DNA of 64,000 nt, taken from Balanoglossus misakiensis (taxonomy: Eukaryota; Animalia; Hemichordata). The notes below the pieces were generated by a model. It saw only the letters and a program-made list of their open reading frames with translations. It was not told where the DNA came from and did no database searches. This document shows, one piece after another, positions 50,027-62,369 of this stretch (its first letter is position 1; each line of letters opens with the position of its first letter). Position numbers and translations under genes: made by a program. The stretch covers positions 11,843,834 through 11,907,833 of the forward strand of contig CM082579.2 of NCBI GenBank assembly GCA_040954595.2. The letters run 5' to 3'.

Positions 50027-52624
50027 AACAGTATAGAAAACATTTTCCAATTTCCGAAAAGTAGCCGTTTTTTAAACTTTTTTCAAGGAAATTAGTGTTT
50101 TGTTCACAGTACAATATATTTCGATATTTTTCTATGATTATTTTCAAGATGTTTGCGAGTGTGCAGAAAGAAAAGAATAAACTGTGAAATTTCCATAGAA
50201 ATAATGAAGGAGCCATCTTTAGGTTGTATGGATTTGAATATTTCATTGAAAAAAACTAATAACTAAATTATGAATTCAATTAATAGTACAATTTGCAAAA
50301 AATTGCTAGTCACTCCAGAAGGGTCAGTGCTTGGAAATGTGAGAGCCTGGAAATTTCCAAGCACTGACAAGGGTCAGTGGTCGGAAATTTCCAGACACTC
50401 AGGGAATGTGAGAGCCTGGAAATTTCCAAGCACTGACAAGGGTCAGTGGTCGGAAATTTCCAGACACTCAGGGAATGTGAGAGCTTAGAAATTTCCAAGC
50501 ACTGACAAGGGTCAGTGGTCGGAAATTTCCAGACACTCAGGGAATGTGAGAGCCTAGAAATTTCCAAGCACTGACAGGGTTAGTGGCCGGAAATATCCAG
50601 TCACTCGGGGAATGTGAGAGCCTGGAAATTTCCAAGCATTGACAGGGTCAGTGCTTGGAAATCTTGAGTTTCTCTATCATGTTTCAAATTATGGCCTTTA
50701 GGAAAACGATCTGTTGAGGAACTTCGCCTGTATTTATATCTTCAACCCTACGGATGAGTTTGGTCGTTTGACTGCGGTGGCCTCTTCTGCTGTTCTTCTC
50801 TCTCTCCATGCCCGACATCCTGGTCTCGGCACCAACAAATGTACCGCGTACACTTGGGAATAGGTTCGGAATGAAGAGAGAGGGGCGGGATGGCCAATAC
50901 TTCTTTATATACAGTGGTTTGAACTGTGACATTTGGTAACACTGCATAATTCAAGAACAATAGCATTTGGTAGTTGTGAAGTTGTGACTTTGTATACAGA
51001 GTAGAAAGAACAATTGTGTCAGATAAACAATACCAATTCCCAATAAACAACTAGTGTATGGGCTAACTCAGAGGAGTTGGTAGGCGAAGCCTGTCATGAA
51101 CATTGGGACGCTAAGGCTCCTTAGACAAACCTGGTGCGTCTGCGGTCCAGATCCGTACCAGAGCTTTTCGCCGAAATTCGATTTTATCGGGAGAATATCC
51201 TTTCCCTGTCTACTAACCGGTTATAACCGCGATTGACTTCTTCTAACATCCGAACCGCTCGCTTTCTGAAACTTTTGTGTTTACCCATTGAGATAACCTC
51301 ACTGTATTCAATATGGCGATCTCAACAGGTAAACTCAAGATAAAATCAGAAAGCGAGTGGCTCGGAAGTTAATTACATCATATTTGGAGTCATTTGTGGG
51401 TAGACGGGGGAAAGATTCCCCCCGATAAAATCCAATCTCGGCCGAAAAGCTGCTGTCCGGATCCGGATCTCAGACGAATCAGTTTTGTCCATGGAGCCTT
51501 GCAGAGATGTGGTGGAAGCCGTGTATTAAACGCCGGGAGAACGCAGACATGTACGGAGGACTACCACGACCCTGTCAGTGCTTGGAAAGTTCAAGGCTCT
51601 CACATTCCCTGAGTGTCTGGAAATTTCCGACCACTGACCCTTGTCTGTGCTTGGAAATTTCTAAGCTCTCACATTCCCTGAGTGTCTGGAAATTTCCGAC
51701 CACTGACCCTTGTCAGTGCTTGGAAATTTCCAGGCTCTCACATTCCCTGAGTGTCCGGAAATTTCCGACCACTGACCCTTGTCAGTGCTTGGATATTTCT
51801 AAGCTCTCACATTCCCTGAGTGTCTGTGGAAATTTTCGACCACTGACCCTTGTCAGTGCTTGGAAATTTCCAGGCTCTCATATTCCCTGAGTGTCTGGAA
51901 ATTTCCGACCACTGACCCTTGTCAGTGCTTGGAAATTTCCAGGCTCTCACATTCCCTGAGTGTCTGGAAATTTCCGACCACTGACCCTTGTCAGTGCTTG
52001 GAAATTTCCAGACTCTCACATTCCCTGAGTGTCTGGAAATTTCCGACCACTGACCCTTGTCAGTACTTGGAAATTTCCAAGCTCTCACATGCCACTGACT
52101 CTTTCCAAGTATTTTAGCCGCAAAATATGGATTTGTCAATGAGCAGTGCTTATTTACTAAAATTCATACGAAATCCAACGGATTTGTGTGATACGGATAT
52201 TAATCTAACAATTCTTGTAATAAATATTGGGTTTCAGATTTACTTTTTGATGCTATTGTTTTTTCTGGCGAAATTTTACAAACAATTCACACACTTGCAA
52301 ATTTTCAATAGAAATATTACTCATGATAAACATGGAGACAAAATTTCATTAGAAAAAAATCAAAAGGACTGTCATGTACGTGGCTTTGAAGGAGACTCAG
52401 TTTTTTCACAGATAAATTTTAATTTTAGTTTAAAGCCAAAATATGACAAAATGCATTTTTCCTGCTGTACAGCTGCAGGAAAGAGACTAAGAATACCATT
52501 ATGTAATTTTTTCATTAGAAATTGGCAAAGAATGGGGAATATTTTCATAAATTTCTAACTTTTTCAGCAGTAATTATGTAAAAAAGAGGTTTTTCGGAAA
52601 TTGGAAAATGTTTTCTATACTGTT
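50027..52624. mobile_element. Foldback-like TIR element (2.6 kb) with two inverted arrays of a 69-bp repeat
   Basis: 34-bp TIRs AACAGTATAGAAAACATTTTCCAATTTCCGAAAA; TGGC duplicated at both ends; the empty site is visible in the paralog near 24800; arrays at ~50320-50665 and ~51570-52090. Confidence 0.9.
51115..51499. mobile_element. Older MITE with long imperfect TIRs nested in the foldback element
   Basis: GGCTCC.TAGACAAA..GATTTTATCGGG..TCTAC pairs with GTAGA..CCCGATAAAATC..TTTGTCCATGGAGCC. Confidence 0.65.
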
Positions 52625-53828
52625 TGGCGATCTTATGTGACATTTCACCTACTTTTGCTTAGTGAGCATCCACAGCAGATGCATGCAGCTTTGGCGTTGG
52701 GGGGGGGGGGGCATATACGGATAGGACCATAATGATATACCTAAGGCGGGGTCACCTGTTGCACCTGCCTAAGTCATTGATTTCGTACATTTAATTGGAC
52801 ACTAACCAACAGGGCAATAGGTGTGGTTTTTGTTCCACAGGGACGAATGTAAGTGTCAGTTTGTTTTTGCCCAAATGTATAAGTTGATTTGGATGACCTC
52901 TGTCGTACAGTGCCATATCTCAGCCCGTTGTACAAGTGCAGCTTTGGTATTCGGAGCGAAACTATCATGAAATGCCAAATACAGGGGGATACCTGCGACA
53001 CCTGCTTGATTCATGTATTACGTGCATACCTAATGGTAGGCAAAGTGAAAGGGCTGCAAATGTAGGATTTGTTGCACATGACATAAACAGGAATGAACAT
53101 TTTTTGTCAAATTTTTGGGTGACCTCAGGTGTCCATTGACCTGCTTTCCATATGTTAGCATGCACATCATATATAGCCAGGTGTTTGGAGGGGTAGGGTA
53201 GGACCCTCTGCGTCATGAAATGCTAAATTCCTGGGGCCACCTGTAACTTACTTGCGTAACTCATTATTATGGCCATATCTAAAACCCAAACAGCGAGGAT
53301 TTTCCGTTGTCTTGAATATGAACCAAATAAGAATCCTAATTTTTGGCCCAATTTTTGGGTACCCTCAGCTGAACTTTGAAGTAACTGAAGTACTTACAAC
53401 GTAGAAGTTCACCTTTGGTTGTTGTGTTTGTACTTGTAGGACATGCATTTCGGGTGGTTGCTTACTTCCCCATATCTCAACAACGAGAGCAAATACAGCC
53501 TACGCATTTGAATGGTACAACCCTGAATGGAGTCTAATGGTTATTAACTCTATACTTGGGCCCCTTCAACGCTGCTTGCAGCTTTAATCTTGTATTTTGC
53601 ATTTTCTCACGGTGGCGGTCATATTCCTTTGCGGCAAAATGTTATTATTTATTTGTGTAAAGCCTACATATTCTCTAATACTTAGGGTATATAATGCGTG
53701 TATACTTCAGTGCATACATCAGTATCGGCTAATGTGACTACAGTTTGAAAATAAAATTCAGGATAATTTCCCAAAAGTTACAGCTCATGCAGCTCTAAAG
53801 ACCGTTCCCAAATTGTCAAAAAACTCAC

Positions 53829-53889
53829 CCAATGACGGTACACTGCATACAGCAGGCAGTAAAGCGCCTAGAACAACTAGAATCATCAT
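53829..53889 (-). CDS. Signal-peptide first exon, probably of the PHB depolymerase-like gene
   Basis: Kozak-like GGCACC-ATG; MMILVVLGALLPAVCSVPSL-G|gtgagt; same strand as the depolymerase 3' exons. The linkage is inferred. Confidence 0.7.
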
Positions 53890-53967
53890 GGTGCCGGTCA
53901 AACGAAGATGTCGTTCCCTCTCGCCAGTGTACGTGTATGAATCCGTATACCACCCTGGCTTGACCAC

Positions 53968-53974
53968 TTTTATA
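53968..53974 (-). promoter_or_regulatory. TATA box (TATAAAA)
   Basis: GGCTATAAAAGTGG ~80 nt upstream of the ATG, with an Inr-like TCATAC ~30 nt downstream of it. Confidence 0.65.
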
Positions 53975-56002
53975 GCCCACTGGTGACCTTGTTGCCATAA
54001 GGTTAACGCTCTCTAAACTACCTAGCCCACTAGACGATTGGCGTATGTTATGTGCTTTTCTGTCTGTATTTTAAGTCCTCAGTCACAATTCTTATTTTTC
54101 ACTACGTTTCTAATGTTTGCTTTCGCTGGACTTTAGTTACTTCTCGCCAACGCGACCCAACTGCCCTACGCGATCACACCGATCTGAACACTCAAACCAT
54201 GCTTAGATCTATTAACAGATGTAGCTAAATATAATCCGACATAAGTACAGTCCATACAGACAGGTCTATGAGCTTATCAATCCCTAAAACCGTTGAACAG
54301 TACAAAGCAATTTACAATCTGAATATATTGATATCAGATAAACAGCTTAACACCTGTTTTTTTCAGTAACGTAATCTGATAAATAACACCAATTTTATAT
54401 TACTAGTACATTGTAATTTTAAACACTATAAATCGAGCGGGACCACCTGGCGTATATGTTCAACTCCCTGTTGCTCTGAAAGTTGATTAAATTATTTATA
54501 CATAGGTGTCTAATGATCTTTCATGACATTTGGTGTCAATCCCTGAATAGGAATACAATTCGATGTAATTACATTACGTACTCCCACCTCTCTCTCCGTC
54601 CACTCACCTGCACCCTGTCCCCTCTCCTGCTCTCCCCTCGCCCTCATCTACCCTCCCTTTCATCGGCCGCTGCAGACAAGTAGGATACAAAAGTATAATC
54701 AGCAAATTTTGAGTGATATGTTGATTCACTCTACAGGCTAACGAGCAAGGCGGTACCATATGTACAACTTCAGACGTTTGCAGACCAACTCACTTTTGTG
54801 TTATGATATCAAATCAACCTGTATTTTTCTGAGTTCAAACCTAGAACCGCTGCGCCAATATGCGTAACAAGCAGGTCCGTGCATTTGTCACTGATATGCC
54901 TGACTGTTCCATTTCTGAAGGACTCTGAAATTAATGGCAGGGGAAGTGGATTCTACTGTTCGACAGATCATTCACAGGCCTTGAAAGCCAAACGGTTAAC
55001 CTTGATCACTTCAAACATGTCTTTCTTTCAAAAATCATTGAAAACCCAATATCCACAAAGTGCATACTGTCAGTATCAGCTATTGGTTCCCTGTCAATCG
55101 CGGGCGAGAGTTTATTAACCTTTCTTTTCAGAGTACATTTACATAATGATGTGATATGCTCCTCTTGACCGAGGTTACTAGTGGCATCAAAAGGGGGTAT
55201 TGCCAGCGAAGATGCAGAGGAGCCAATCGGAAGGACACGCGTCACATTTAACGTACACCTAAGGTGGCCGAACTAGAACTACGGTTGAACAAAATACTGA
55301 ACAAATAGACCAGATTGGCAGAGAGATGGACTTTAGCATGTACGGTGTTTGAGGTCTGATGAAAGATTGACACAATAATTAACTATCTTCAACTTCCAGT
55401 GCAAGTTCAGGTTGGAGTAAAAAAAATTTCAATATTAACGGAGTGTCACAGTATGTTTGCTCAGCTTTTATTTCTGGTAAATTTAATGAAATCATCATCC
55501 ATTGAAGGATGTCCGCACAGAATATAAACCGGAAAACTGCGCGCACGCGTCTTTTCCTCATAGGATTACATTGATAATCGCTAGAAAACAAACTTCTACT
55601 ATTGTCATTTCACCAATAGCTCAGTCCAGCTAATATAAATTCATTGGTCAAATAAAATCGTGAGGTCACTGTGCTCTATTTTGAGAAAAATTTCGTTAAA
55701 TATTTGCCCATGGACAAACCATTGGTGAAAAATGCTGAGTCAGCAGTTTACCTCTGTTATCGGCTAAATTCATGGCTCTGTATTTCAAAAACAGTCTAGG
55801 CCCTGTCTCTGTGATGCAGGTATTAGCAAAGATCGGGCAGTTTGCTGTATTCGACTTGTGACCATAACCATTGAATTCGAATAGGTACGCGTATTAATCG
55901 ACAATATTTTCTACAATTTGCTTTTCTTCGGTACACTAATTTACACTAATTTACTAATCACACTATCTTCTCTATAGCTTTCATAAGTTAAGAAAACAAC
56001 TC

Positions 56003-56250
56003 TTGCTGTCGAAATCTGAAGAAAATATTGTAAATTTATTGATTTTAGTTTGCAAATGGAGTATACATAAATACTGGCTAAGTGAAACCAGAGCGCCTTT
56101 AATGGTGCTGGTAAAATACGAATTTATATTGAGCTACAAGGTATACAAGGAAATATGCAATAATTCAGAAAGTGTAAGGATTTTTGAAGCTATTATATCT
56201 ATGATGTGAGTTTTCGGTTGGTTTCTTTTTCTTTTTCTTTTTTTTTTGAT
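56003..56250 (+). mobile_element. Short degenerate 3' remnant of an L1/Tx1-like ORF2
   Basis: IVNLLILVCKWSIHK resembles LVNFVILLGKKHIYE near the end of the LINE ORF at 17422-20043. Confidence 0.45.
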
Positions 56251-56349
56251 TTGTTGATGTAACACTGAAAGTTTATTTTTTAAATAAAAGATAAAAAAAC
56301 AACTCTTGCATGAAAACGACCCAGACGATATCATTTTCGAAAACATTTC

Positions 56350-56560
56350 ATATTTTTTTCTACCTGATGACATTTTAAATTAAAAATTGACAGGTCAGGT
56401 GCATGACTACACATTGGACCTGACCACAGTGTCTAGTTTGAAAAGTGCAGGTGCAGTGGGTTCTCTAGATCTAGGGTGACAAAAATCAGCATGAAGAGGA
56501 AGAAGAACTCAAGCAATACCAATAGAGGAAAGGGGGCCCAAGAACACAAATGCTTGAATC
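56350..56560 (-). mobile_element. Diverged, inverted 5' remnant of the HINE-like family
   Basis: Its reverse complement aligns by eye to 42850-42965 (CTAGATCT..ACAC/GTGGTCA(A)GGTC(C)AATG). Confidence 0.55.
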
Positions 56561-58121
56561 AGAACAAATAGACATTTGACTGTGTGTAACTCCATGACAA
56601 AATCATGCAATCAGTTTTACGGGCCCCTTGTGATCATTTAGTAATGAGGCGACATTGTGAGGTGGAATTAGGCTTAATCACACTATGTCCATGATCACAG
56701 ATTCTCGAAACAATGCATAATCGCTGTTTGTGGCTGTCGCAGATAGAGGTGTATAGCGGAGACCGGCATGGTGTGGGTCTGGTAGCTACACAGGCCGCCA
56801 CTGTCTATGACGTATACCACCACTTCACTATATGTGGCTCGACTAGCGGGTACATCGAACAGCCTATCCAATAAAGAGGAAGCAAACGGTTTCTTGGTCC
56901 TGCTCTTGAAATTTACCCCTTTACCACTGCGTAAAATAAGGAGAAACGGTCGCTTTTAAATAGTAAAATTAAATGGTTAAGAAAATAGCAGATACATACA
57001 TGTACCAAATAAGGTTGAGCCGTATGTTGAGTGTGAAGTTCTCCCTCATGCAACGGAACTATACGAACCCTTCGTTTAAGATTTTAGCGCCAGTATGTTC
57101 CTGACAAGTGAAACCAGTTAGTTCTCAGTCTGTTTGCTGAATTACCGTTCGGTACTCTTAAGTAGAGCCCTCCCAAAGCACTTATCTGTTATCAGACCGT
57201 TTCGCACGTTTTAAAACTTGTTATTCAGACGTTTCGCTGAATAATCATCAGAACTTATAAATATATGCCTTTATCATATAGAATTGATGCAATTAACCAA
57301 AAAAATAAAGATTTTTAGCATAATTACTTTTCCACTTTTACACGTGGAGAATTTCCCCCTAAAATGGTATACATGTAAATTGCTAAAAATGACATTCTCT
57401 TAGCTATCTAGAATTGTAACATTATATTCAGGAGCGGAAACGTTAAAACATACTTTTTATAGAAAATATGGCCGAGCGCAGAATATAAAATCCAAGCGAT
57501 AGCAATCGCCAAATAAATGTATCCATTGTTTTGTATTTTTTATAGGGGGGGCGGGGAGGGCAAAAGACATTAATTAGTGTAACTTTACTGCTTTTCCATT
57601 TCAAATTCACCACCGAGGGCGCAACAGTCCCTTCAAAACCAAGCGTAAACAGCTAGTACATTCCAAAATGTATTTTTGTTGATAGTATATTTTTTCTTGT
57701 TCAAAAGAACAGGAAAATATCCATGTTGGAGGGTTCTGTGTTGCACGGTAGCCCGTTCCAGTCCACTAACTATCCCACTTTCAGGTCAATGCGTCCCCTC
57801 GAAAACTATCATAAAATCATAAAGCTGTGATGGAACAGAATAGAACGTATACTCGACACGTATGTAGAGGTCGCTTTGACACGGAACTGTGAAAGCCCAA
57901 TGAGCTGCAACTTAGGGGATAATTATCATGAAATTTATTTTCAAAGTGTACTCACATATTAGCCTATAAAGATGTATGCCTGAAGTATATACAAGTATCA
58001 TAAATCCTGAGTTTAACTGCACATTGTTTAATCTCGTAAATCATAATACACTCCGTATACACAAATTATATTTCAAACTAGCTAAATGTAAGTAGACGAC
58101 GTATTTTTTTTTTTATCTTAC

Positions 58122-58280
58122 CGGTCACTCCATGACGAGAACTTGTTGTTTTATCCTCTATCGGTGTAGACTCCGCGTGGAAAATTGGTATGTTTTGTGT
58201 TCGTATGCCTTCAGTAATTTGTATCATTTTATGTGGAAACTCTCCTGCTGAAGCATTATGCACATTTATTTCACCAAGTC
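58122..58280 (-). CDS. Candidate internal exon (phase 1-1, 159 nt) of the Ig-domain gene
   Basis: ttgcag|GA..ACCG|gtaaga; open frame GLGEINVHNASAGEFPHKMIQITEGIRTQNIPIFHAESTPIEDKTTSSRHGVT. Confidence 0.55.
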
Positions 58281-59007
58281 CTGCAAATATATGCAGGTAA
58301 AATGGAGTTGATGCTTTTTTTCTCTGCAGTATGGTGACATTTGTTTTTCTTTAAATACATAGATCTAAACGTAAATATTGGAAAGTCATGAGAGGCTATG
58401 TTCACACATGAAAGAAACATACACAACGTATTACAAACTACCAGAAATTTAATCGATCAATGCAATAGTTACTGACTAATGATCTGTTACAATTAGTTGT
58501 ACGGGCCTTATGTGCGTATTGAGTCATGTCCTTTTTGTTGCCTACAATATACATAAATCAGACAGTATTAAAAAAACACCACCATAAATTATAAATGAAA
58601 GAAATGCCAGCACTGAATTATATCTATGTCAAAACTATAGGACAATCTTTGATTGCGGAATAGGTACGATACACTAGAAAACTGCTAGTTTTATGTCGAA
58701 AATATTTGCCGAAAACATTAGACTGCGAAATTGTGAGATCTGAAAGGTGGCGGTCGGTCGTTATTGACAGCTCACTTGAGGCGAACTGGGTCCAGTCGCG
58801 CAATATTCAAATATTTTGTATATATGACATCGTTATTTTTACTTCCGGGTTTACAAAGCTCTAAAAGGTTTAGGGTCGACGGGTTAAAATTAGCCTAAGG
58901 GTAGGTCGGGTAATCGGAACAGCGCATATTTGTTTAATTTTGGCCGTATGATATATTGGAAAAAATGTTATTATTGGTAAAGTATAAAAGCATTTAATAT
59001 GCATGTA

Positions 59008-61947
59008 TAATCCGTGGCAAAACGCGTCCAACAGTTATTCCTGTTTGATACAAAGAAATGAAATCAAGAAAATTGCTATCATATACTGTTTTTTCGTTTT
59101 TGTTGAAAAGCACATGTAAGTTCCTTGTTCACATGTTTGCTTTTCTCTCCTCTGGGCCTATAAACGAAACAGGGAGCCCTGCTTTCTATAGAGTGGTCTA
59201 AGTGCGTCCTGTCATTTTACGAATTTTACGACCTGGGATTGATGCACCTCTAACGGGCCAGCGCCTAGTCATTAAAATTAAGATTAGGCCAAAACAATTA
59301 GTTTGGTTTCTCCTACGAGCAAAATTTTAAAACTTATGCCGTGACACGACTTTCTTAAATAAACACAGATGTAGTATCATACTGTACAAAAATGAAGTCT
59401 GCTGTGGCATACATAATGTAACAGTGTAACTTCTAAATTTATATCATGTTTTGTTTCTATGATCATGTTTTTTAACTGAATTTTTCGACCCTTAAAGAGC
59501 ATATCTTGCCTTTTTAAATCTTATCAGAAGGTTAAAAATTGTTCAAAAGAAATGTACTATTTTCCAAAAGTGACAATATTTTTCGGGTATCGATTTCTAT
59601 AATATTTGTTTTGTTCTCATAAAATGCTTCAAAATCCACCCCGTCCTGAAAAGTCCGAGTTCAGATTTGCTGCATTTTGGTCACGTGACGTGACGTCACA
59701 AGAGGAACCGGTCAGGTAGACCAGCTTTAGCGATGCTCACAGGTGTCATACGGTGTTTTCGTGCTTTTCTCTGTAATACCACAATGGGAAAAGGAGTTGT
59801 TTGCCGTGGTTGCAGCAACACATTACCTAGACGGGAGTCACCCGTGTGAGTTCCACAAAACGAATAAAAGTCTATGCCACGATCATCAACATCGTACGGT
59901 GGATATGAAGCCGGCGCGGCGCCGGTGACGGCCGTGGCGGTAACTGTCAATGCATGACCGTTGAACGATAATCGGCCAGGTTCGAATCACGAGAAGACAA
60001 TCCCCACCCATACAGGAAAATAAAAGCCTGTCAGCAGGAGAGGTCGACCAACAGATCGTTTATACCTTGTATTGGTGTTCATACAATGTTCCAGCGACCG
60101 CGATTTACACAGTACTGTAGAGAAGTAGTAGTAGGTGAACTGGCAGGATGCGTAAACACAATTTTGCGTTGGCCGACATCATGTTGAGATTGTTTATTAT
60201 TATTCACGCTTCCGTCTGGCTAACCGGTACCCAGTGACCGCGAACTTCGATAATTAAGGTTGACAGCAATCGATGTAAAAACTTGAACGTTCAAAATATT
60301 ACCGTTACTATTCACGTTTTTTTCAGTCGTATCTTTGTATGGCTTCGGCTGAATGGTCGCCATCTTTCTTTTCTAATTTCTTTGTTTACAAGTTTTACGT
60401 CGCGCTATGTCCGACTCATCGGCTCCAAAACACACTGTACAAATTTTGAAACAAAATGTGTTGAATAAATTTTGCCTCGTGTGAGTGAAAACTGTTTCCA
60501 AACTTAGATATTCGTGTGTATCAATGAAAATGTTTCATGCTTTGTGAGCGTGAGTGGGTCGGCTGGCATAATCGCCTGTTGCTGTTGGCTGTATGGTTTC
60601 ATTTTGTTATAATGCAGTATGAAGCATGTCAAGGAACTTCCATGATTACAGCGACAAGTCATAAATGTTTCTGTTTGTCATCACCAAAAGGGCATAGCTT
60701 ACATGTAATTCAGAAGACAGAATTTTAGTGCTGGTAGTAAATATACATCGCGGCGCGATATGTGTCATCGCTGCCGATCGGCGCTAATGGAGTTCCCTTG
60801 GCCTTGTACAATAACACGCGCGTATTTTGTCTGTTGAGGCAGTCATGGAAAATCGCCAAAAGACCACGATCAGTTATCAATAAGTTGACATTGTCCAAGA
60901 TAAGTAGATTTAGACCCAACACTCTAGACCTAAACCTCTGGGCAATATTCCACGGTTTAATCGAGGCAGCAATCATTGTATGTGTAAGGTGCCTATACAC
61001 ATCCGCTGCCATTGCATGTTGTGTACTGCTTGCAATGCGTAGCCGTAGCCTAACCGGGTCGAGTCGTTTTTTTTCATAATCGCATCTCCCCTAGATGATA
61101 AGGTATACATATGTACGTTTATTTTGAAGGGTACGGGGGATACAGAGTTGTACCCAGGCTGACACAGCAAAGCCGTTTAGATCACAGGCATGTATGGTTG
61201 CAATTCAACCACTGCAATGTACAGTCTTGCAAACGAAATGGGTTCCTCTTGTGACGTCACGGAAATGGGCGTGGCCAAAACAGAACTTTTTTCTCAGGCC
61301 CTGAATATTTTTAAATTTAACATTTATTTATCCATATGAAATAAGTAAAAGGACACCAGCATTTAACACACAAGCCCAATTATTATTTATCCTCAAAAGT
61401 GTGTTTCGAGGTAAGATAGGCTCTTTAACCGTCGACAAGACGCGCATATAAGTGAGCTGTTAATTTCAAGAATGCCGCACTCTGATTGGTCAATTTAGTA
61501 GCCACTAGAGGCAGCTTTCATGAGAACCCCCCCCCCCCCCCGTGGTTATCACTCTCAAATACTTGCAACATACTTTCTATCAATTTGGTCACAGTCAAAA
61601 TAACCGGGAAGGTACCACCTCAAACATTTGATACTTATAATAGCTGCATTTTACTGATTGCACTGACGAGTCGAGCGTGACAGCAGTTGGTATTAGAATT
61701 TACTGCGAAATTAGCCCAAAAGTAGAACAGAACAGAAATAAAAAAAGAAGCTAAAATATCTCAGCAACTCAATTTAATGTTTCATTGTGAAATTCGTAAA
61801 ATTGGACGCACTTAGACCTCTCTGTAGAAAGTAGGGCTCCCTGTTTCGTTTATAGGTGTATACAGAAGAGAAAAGCAAAAACGTGCCTTGTTTTCATTTC
61901 TTTGTATCAAAAAGGAATAACTGTTGGACGCGTTTTGCCCCGGATTA
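59008..61947. repeat. Pair of diverged inverted repeats (~59008-59230 and ~61785-61947)
   Basis: GGCAAAACGCGTCCAACAGTTATTCC and CCTATAAACGAAACAGGGAGCCCT occur in reverse complement at the right end. Confidence 0.8.
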
Positions 61948-61958
61948 TTATCTTATAC

Positions 61959-62057
61959 CTGAATGTCTTTTAGCTGCTGACACATACGAAGCAGCAGTAT
62001 TGTGTAGTAGCTCTTCGTCTTCACTACAAGGTAAATCATCCCCGTCCTTTGATTTTT
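61959..62057 (-). CDS. Candidate internal exon (phase 1-1, 99 nt) of the Ig-domain gene
   Basis: ttcttcaag|..CAG|gtataa; EKSKDGDDLPCSEDEELLHNTAASYVSAAKRHS. Confidence 0.45.
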
Positions 62058-62109
62058 CTTGAAGAATTAATAAAATTGCATAGGTTAAGTAGATTTTCCT
62101 TTTGAGTTT

Positions 62110-62312
62110 ACCAAGCGATGTTGTCATGGAACCGTCATTTTTCTAATTTCATTTCTGTACTGTAAATGCCGATACACGTACAACAACGTTAACAAAGTTA
62201 CGGCGAATCGGTGGAAATAGTTCCGGTTGATGACGTAGAACAGGAGTGATATGGATTTTTGATCTGTCTTGATCTACATTGGCAGATGGTGATGTTGACT
62301 GGTTCATATGAC
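62110..62312 (+). mobile_element. Diverged terminal fragment of the 904-bp element family
   Basis: Shares TGTCATGGAACCGT and TACGGCGAATCGGTGGAAATAGTTCCGGTTGATGACGTA with 12090-12290. Confidence 0.8.
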
Positions 62313-62369
62313 AAGGCAAGGGCAAATACATGTGGGTAAATAAAATCAATACATTAAGGAAGGTCTTAC

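Larger units (their letters stand above)
35135..53587 (+). mobile_element. Stack of 11 Helentron/DINE-1/HINE-like non-autonomous elements with ~210-240-bp internal tandem repeats
   Basis: 3' palindrome GCTGCTTGCAGC preceded by subTIR GCTTG(T/G)GCCC at 35847, 37198, 38543, 39674, 41582, 42670, 44229, 45868, 47431, 48997 and 53571; 5' hairpin heads GGG(C/A)CAAGC..GCTTG(G/T)GCCC clustered at 39690-39950 and 42690-42800; 238-bp core period at 40861/41099/41337. Confidence 0.85.

Noticed and set aside
50680-51560. Possible Chapaev or RAG1-like zinc-finger remnant in the foldback core
   Set aside because: Only a few residues resemble it; unsupported without a profile search.
50270-52139. ORFs with 23-aa repeats
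   Set aside because: Translation of the 69-bp tandem unit; open on both strands with no coding signals.
55120-55590. Further exons of the Ig gene
   Set aside because: Splice-like sites exist but phases and frames are ambiguous and no domain is recognisable.
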